DNA of 54,522 nt, filler included, from Catajapyx aquilonaris (lineage: Eukaryota): assembly GCA_000934665.2 (NCBI GenBank). It is 3 parts of 3 records of this genome, joined end to end, with 100 filler letters (N's around TTAATTAATTAA, not from the genome) between each part and the next. Parts side by side here need not be neighbours in the genome. Positions count along the whole stretch, not along the records: positions 36,366 to 54,522 come from JYFJ02006792.1; 2 more parts are not named here. One strand, 5' to 3'. The notes beneath the pieces were generated by a model. That model saw nothing but the letters and a program-made list of their open reading frames with translations, was not told the origin of the DNA and made no database searches. Position 1 is the first letter of the stretch. Each line of letters begins with the position of its first letter. The position numbers were made by a program, and so were the translations under genes. Below, piece by piece: positions 48,801-54,522 of this stretch.

Positions 48801-51800
48801 CCTTTTTATCAGACAATACCAGACAATATTCCTTGCATCTAATTAATCACAAGGCGGAACCACCGTGTTAAAATGGCTCTTTTGTCTTCAATCATGCAAC
48901 CCGAATCGATCAGGCAACGTGGTTTAAGGCAGGTCAGATTTTACGATGACCACTGCACTGACACGTTCTTTTGTGACCGCGATGTAACTCACGCCATGAG
49001 CTAACTTGACCTCTATATTTCTTTGCAACCCGACCGTGTGTTGAATTCTAGATTGCGGGTTTTTCTGCAGTTAGGCGAACCCTGTTTTTGGTGTGGGGTT
49101 TGGAATAGTGAAAAAAGTAAAAGTGGAGGGAAATGCAGTTTCTGTTTGCAGCAGCTGCAGAAAAGCAGATAAGAGAAAGTGTTGGGGGAGACGGCGCATG
49201 CTTAGAATCCGAAAAGCTGCCAATACGCAGCGCGCTTTGAATTTCGATTCCGTATATAGTCGAGGACTTCACATACTGGTCCAGGGGAAAAAAAAAATTG
49301 GAAATGAAATTGTTGCATCTGGAATATTACGATGTATCCACTTGTCGCGAGGCGACGTTGACGTGACAGTAAATTGCATTCGATGACATTACGAGGCGTT
49401 GGTGCCAAAATGTGGTAAAAACCGTCGCGAGGAGAGCGCAAAATGAATAATACAAAATATGTGCTCTGCCAACTTATGTAGATTTGCATATGAAAGACGC
49501 TTTAAATTGCTGAAACGTTCTTTAATTTTTCCATAGTAAAATCGGATTATTCTGCCTGATCGAATTAGCTGATTAATTTTGTCGATTTTTTTAAAAAGCG
49601 GATTTTGCTCCATATACTTGGTGAAATCCGACAGTTATTCTTGGGTCAAGTGACCGGCCGGTATTTTGGGATTTTCCAAGGCGAAATTGCTTAAAAGACT
49701 GGTAACACCACACCCCTTTCCGAGAACGAAACCAGAACCCGGATAGTGCTCAGTGCTACCCACATTGAGCTACACAATGACTTGATTGTGCGTAGGTTGC
49801 AATGGGCCATTTTGGAGGATGTCTGCAAATGAGGTCATGGTTCTGACTAGACTAACAAGCAGCTGCTCTTATTTCTTTCTCTGAAAATTACGAAGCTGTT
49901 GAAGAATCGCGATGTAAGTAATTATCCTGGAAGTGACGCGTAACCGCAGGTTCTACCTGTTATCAAAGAGATTCATGAAAGGCCGTGAAAGGAAACGGAG
50001 GTTATATCACGCGTTAAAAAATAATTTGCATGTGTTCAATGCCAGGTGGATATTCTTTAGAGGGCAGTCAGCTGTTATACATACCGTGCTTTGATAAGAG
50101 AATAGTTTCATCCATACATTCCTTCCTCTCAGGGTCGCAAGGTTCATAAGATACATCGAACTTTCACCATAACAATGCCATTAGTGGCGCCATTGCGAGG
50201 TGCGGCCCTTCAATTAGACGTCAAAATTGTTGCGTGAGAATGCAAAAAAGGTATTAGTTTTTTAATGAGCTGAACCTTGAATGGTATAACAGCCGATAGC
50301 GCATGGTGATAGCCGGTTGAAGTGACAAATGGCAAATGCTCCGAGCCCCTCATACACCTATCCCATGCAATACAGGTGCTGAATATTTTATAGCGATTGA
50401 TTATCGCACAGTAAGCATGCACGTGGCGTATAAAAATCAATGTCACTGTAATAGTGGTCAGGAAGGATTACCAGACTGGCAGCACGCCTATCGCCTCTGA
50501 CTGTACACCGACAGTAATAACCAGTGTGCGTCCATATTAAAGTCATGTTAATCCGTTTACTCTGCAGGAATGTGTCGCGTGTGCGTTTGTTAATTTTTAC
50601 TTCATCATAAAACACTGGTGCATACGCTTTTGTTCGCAAGAAGAGTACATTAGCATCGTGGAATGATATATGTCTCCACTCTCACTAGGACTTTCTCTCG
50701 AGGGCCGTTCCCTTTCTTTCAACGAAGCAACTGGACACTCGTTCCTTGACCCTTCTCGTCTTTCTCGGTGGCTAAAAAGTTAGCAATTTCTCGCTGCACT
50801 CTTTAGGTTAAGGGAAGGGAAAAAAACTTGGTGGGATGGAATCGTGGAGGACAGGCTGCCTTTGGAGGTGAAATTGAAGGGGAAGATAAGGGCTTGAAGT
50901 GTTTTGTCTGATTTCGTTTCCGTTTAATAGAAAACGAAGGCCGAGAAATGGTGGATCAGCGAAGAAATGAAAGGAAAAAAGGGGCGGAGGATATAGGAAC
51001 GCTCCGGATTCAATTCGATGGGATTTCTAAGTGGGTTTTAAAAATATGGCTACAGCCTATCCTCCTCCTCGGTTTTTGTATGCTTCCCAAGCCAGTGGGA
51101 TATGCCCTGTATTTTTTTTTTGCTAGTCTATAGCTGGAAATTTACGCCGACGTAATTGAGGAAGTGTAGTGCACACTACCATTCAATTATCGCCTTACTG
51201 TCATGGGCATTATCATTCGAATCGGTTCTTAAGAGGCGCGTTTAGCATTGGAAGAGGCGCCACTTAAGATACGTCTGTCTATCTTACTCTATACCCCCGC
51301 TTCTTAGGCAGTGGGAAAGTGCGATACGGGGGTGGGGAAAAAGAACTCTCCATGTCTCTCGCCCTTTCCTTACTTGCATTATTCAGTTTTATTGATAGGA
51401 AAGTGTCAGCCTAAATCAGGCTATATGGACACCGGGGACATAAAATGTCGATAGTGAACAGCCATTCGTGACGCTATCGGGGTCTACTCGCGAAACTTCT
51501 TCGTTTTTTTGTGCTCACTGAAGATGAACTGTCAGGCTGATAATTAAGGCGATAGTGGAATTGCCTATATACGTTTGAAAATAGGGCAGTGGGTGCTTCC
51601 TTTTTTTATTTGTTTTAAAAGGAGGGCCTCGGAATCAGCCAGGAAAATCTCGACCTTGTTTCTCACACTGAATATTAAGAGTGTGCTTGCCGTCAATAAG
51701 AAGTGGATGAAAAAAAAATACAACGACGTAGAGATGGCGTGCTAAGTGAATGAGGTTTTCAACGGTAAGGAGTCGAGAGGAATGCATGGACACATGACAG

Positions 51801-54522
51801 TTTTATAAATAAGGCCGTAAACGGGGCCGGGGAAGTTTTCTGGTAGGTGATGAGAAATGGGGTATAATAACGTCACGGAAAAAGAAACTGCCTCTCGTGT
51901 GCAACTGCTGGAGGCGAGGGGAAAAGGAGGGGATGGAGGGGATGGGAGGGGGAAAGTCGAAAACAACACCATGGTGTAATGATATTTTTGAGATGATTCA
52001 GTGCCACTTCATCGAATGGGAAACAATCACGGGAGGCTTCTGCCGTCACCATAAAATTCTCCTAATGTTCAACTTAAGGTCCGTGCCCTCTTTGAGCGTA
52101 TAACGTGATTAGCTACAGTGTTGTTTAATTGTGCCAAATATCTGCCGATTCATGAAGCTGATAGAGCATGCAATACCTCACTACTAGGCTACATTTTGAA
52201 AAATATTGCTTGTGACTTGTTATCAGCAGACCTAGTTTGTAGCGTGGGTGAGACAAATTTTTGCAGATTTTTTATTAAATTAGTTTTGGGTTCTACTATC
52301 CGCATGAACTGGTCGATATTCTTTCCCGGATGTCTGACACTTTTTTTTTTCAAATTATGTGTTGATTTTGAGCGTAACGTATTGAGTCTGTGCGGCCTGC
52401 ATTACAACACCCTTCCCCTCGACCCTCTCGACAATTTTTAAAATTCATCTCTGACCTTTGCACCCGAGGCCAGCAATGAGTCGAGCCTCCAGTGAACTCT
52501 CCCCAACTGTTTGGCGCTTTCCACACACACACACAAAATTCACGCCATCACCAAGTAAAAATTCCGTACTTCCCGCCATTACCAACCTATACGAGCACTT
52601 CTCCAGGACAAGAGTCGTAACAAGAGTTGTCGTCAAACTGTAACTTTTTGAGCCTCCACACCCAGAGTTTTTTTTCAGTCCCCCTTTCCCAAACTCGAGG
52701 GGGTCTGAACTACAAAAAGTTGTAACCTCGAAAGTGGAGCACTCAGAGGCACAATGTGTTGGGCTTGGGGAAGGTCCCGAAGGCCCCTTCAAAGTCCCTG
52801 CAGGATCCGCCTCCGGATTCCGTCACCATTTCCTTCGGTGACAACACGGAAATGATTGCGCTTCCAACTCCCCCACCCTTCCTTCTTCCTGGCAAAACAC
52901 AAACTCACTCTGGGACACGTGGAATCCTCCGGAGAGGTGGTGTTCCCGGATGCAGCCTGCCGCGAAATTGCGATACACTCTTGGCCCTAACACTGGCTTC
53001 ATGATTCCCCGAAACTTGGAGGAGGCCCCAACCATCCGATGTAAATTGTTTTCTTCGCGTTTCGACTTGGCGTGAAGCTCCTGAGAGGACGACGGGAGCG
53101 TAATCGCCAAGTACAGTCAGGCGCAAAATGAGCTTGACGGACGCGACGCGCTCGAGCGGCCATGCATTTTAGTGGTTACATCATGCCTCCACGCAATTGG
53201 AATCTACCAAGCTTCCTTTGGTACACTTTGCGGTAATCTGGTAGAGAGCTTGTTAGGCGTGTAGCACGGCCAAAAAAATTAGGTGTGTTTTGTGGGACCG
53301 TGTTTGTGCACGTGCTTCACTCGGGTGGATCGAGATTTAAAGGGTTGATATAGTGTGCAATTTTTTGGATGGTGCTTACGAACAAATCGTGGGCATATAA
53401 GTGAAAATCCATTAAGTAAAAAAAAAAAGCAATTTGGGGATAATCCAAAACCATGATTTGAAACTGCACTTGCTTACACTAGTGACGGAATAAAATCCTG
53501 TATTGCTGGCTAATTAAGAATGTTTAGGATTAAATGGACTTTATCATGCCATAGAGCAAAAACTATGCTTCCTATAGCCGTGTAAATAAGTCAAACTTCC
53601 AAACTTGCTGGATTTTAACTTCTAAGGTCAGGTAACAGGTTTTACCAACCTGACTAAAATTTTGAACCTCAGTTATAACAAGAATTGCCATAGTAGACTA
53701 ATCATTGTTGACAACAACCAATTGTAAGGATTTTCAAGAAAGAAACTCGGATTTACGTATAACATAACCTTCGCGGTGAAACCTGCATGCGGCATAAGTG
53801 CCAAAATATGCAAATATCAAAGTGCGGTTATGCGAAATCAATTGAGCAATTCGTATTATTCGTGTGGTACAGTACTGTATAATATATTTGTACCTGTCAT
53901 TGCCAATGATAACCACAAATTTTCAACAGATGAAGCCGTGGTTTGCAGTTTCAGGATTAACAGACTGAAAATGCAAATAAATGATCTGATCGTGTGACCG
54001 CATGGGGGGGAAAGTTCTGTCGGAATTTTTGTGCACCAAACAGAATTGCTCCATATTGATACCCAATCGAATTGATCAATTTGCACCCAGTTGGTTAACC
54101 TGGACCTGCCAACCACCAGGTCTCATTATGATCCTATACGGTTTTATTACTGTGCGAATTAAATAAATAAATAAATATTTAGTAAGAGGATACCCAGTGT
54201 TCTCGCCAGTTGCTTCTCTTTAAGCTCGTTTCTGGAGTGAACATTCTTTCTCAACTCTTGGCCAGTACACCACCCTGTATACCCATAACGACTGAACGCA
54301 TAACTCGAAGTGCGCTCCTTCATCACTGCACTACAACAGAAGACGAAAAAAACACACTCGCGAATAGAAAACACTGAAAGCCCTTTATGTCCTTCAGGCA
54401 GCGCATCACCCAGCCATATTCCCAAAACTGCAATGCACATGCAAGGGAAGAAATGGGGTACTTGTCATGTTGGAAAAAGGAAGTGTATCCAAATGATGCA
54501 GCGAGGGTGACCAGTACCCCCC

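Overview
Eukaryotic, intron-containing, probably arthropod DNA (taxon inferred from gene and repeat content). Two 100-nt N spacers with TTAATTAATTAA (18082-18181, 36266-36365) divide it into three segments that may not be truly adjacent. Segment 1 (1-18081) is gene-dense: the last exon of an ABCA-like transporter with degenerate catalytic motifs, a 9-exon TAF2 whose first intron must be AT-AC, a convergent 5-exon E2F4/5 gene, and the 5' part of an Mpv17/PMP22 gene with SINE, MITE and mariner insertions. Segment 2 (18182-36265) is mostly transposon relics (RTE LINE, Sola-like, Tc1/maT, hAT, nested MITEs) around a tRNA-Gln(TTG) and a 3-exon THAP/HCF-binding-motif/12-zinc-finger gene. Segment 3 (36366-54522) has no recognisable gene and few recognisable transposons. 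I found no convincing new multi-gene system. The strongest leads are the AT-AC intron with a U2-like donor in TAF2, the probably catalytically dead ABCA domain and the THAP-ZNF architecture. All coordinates and counts were read by eye.
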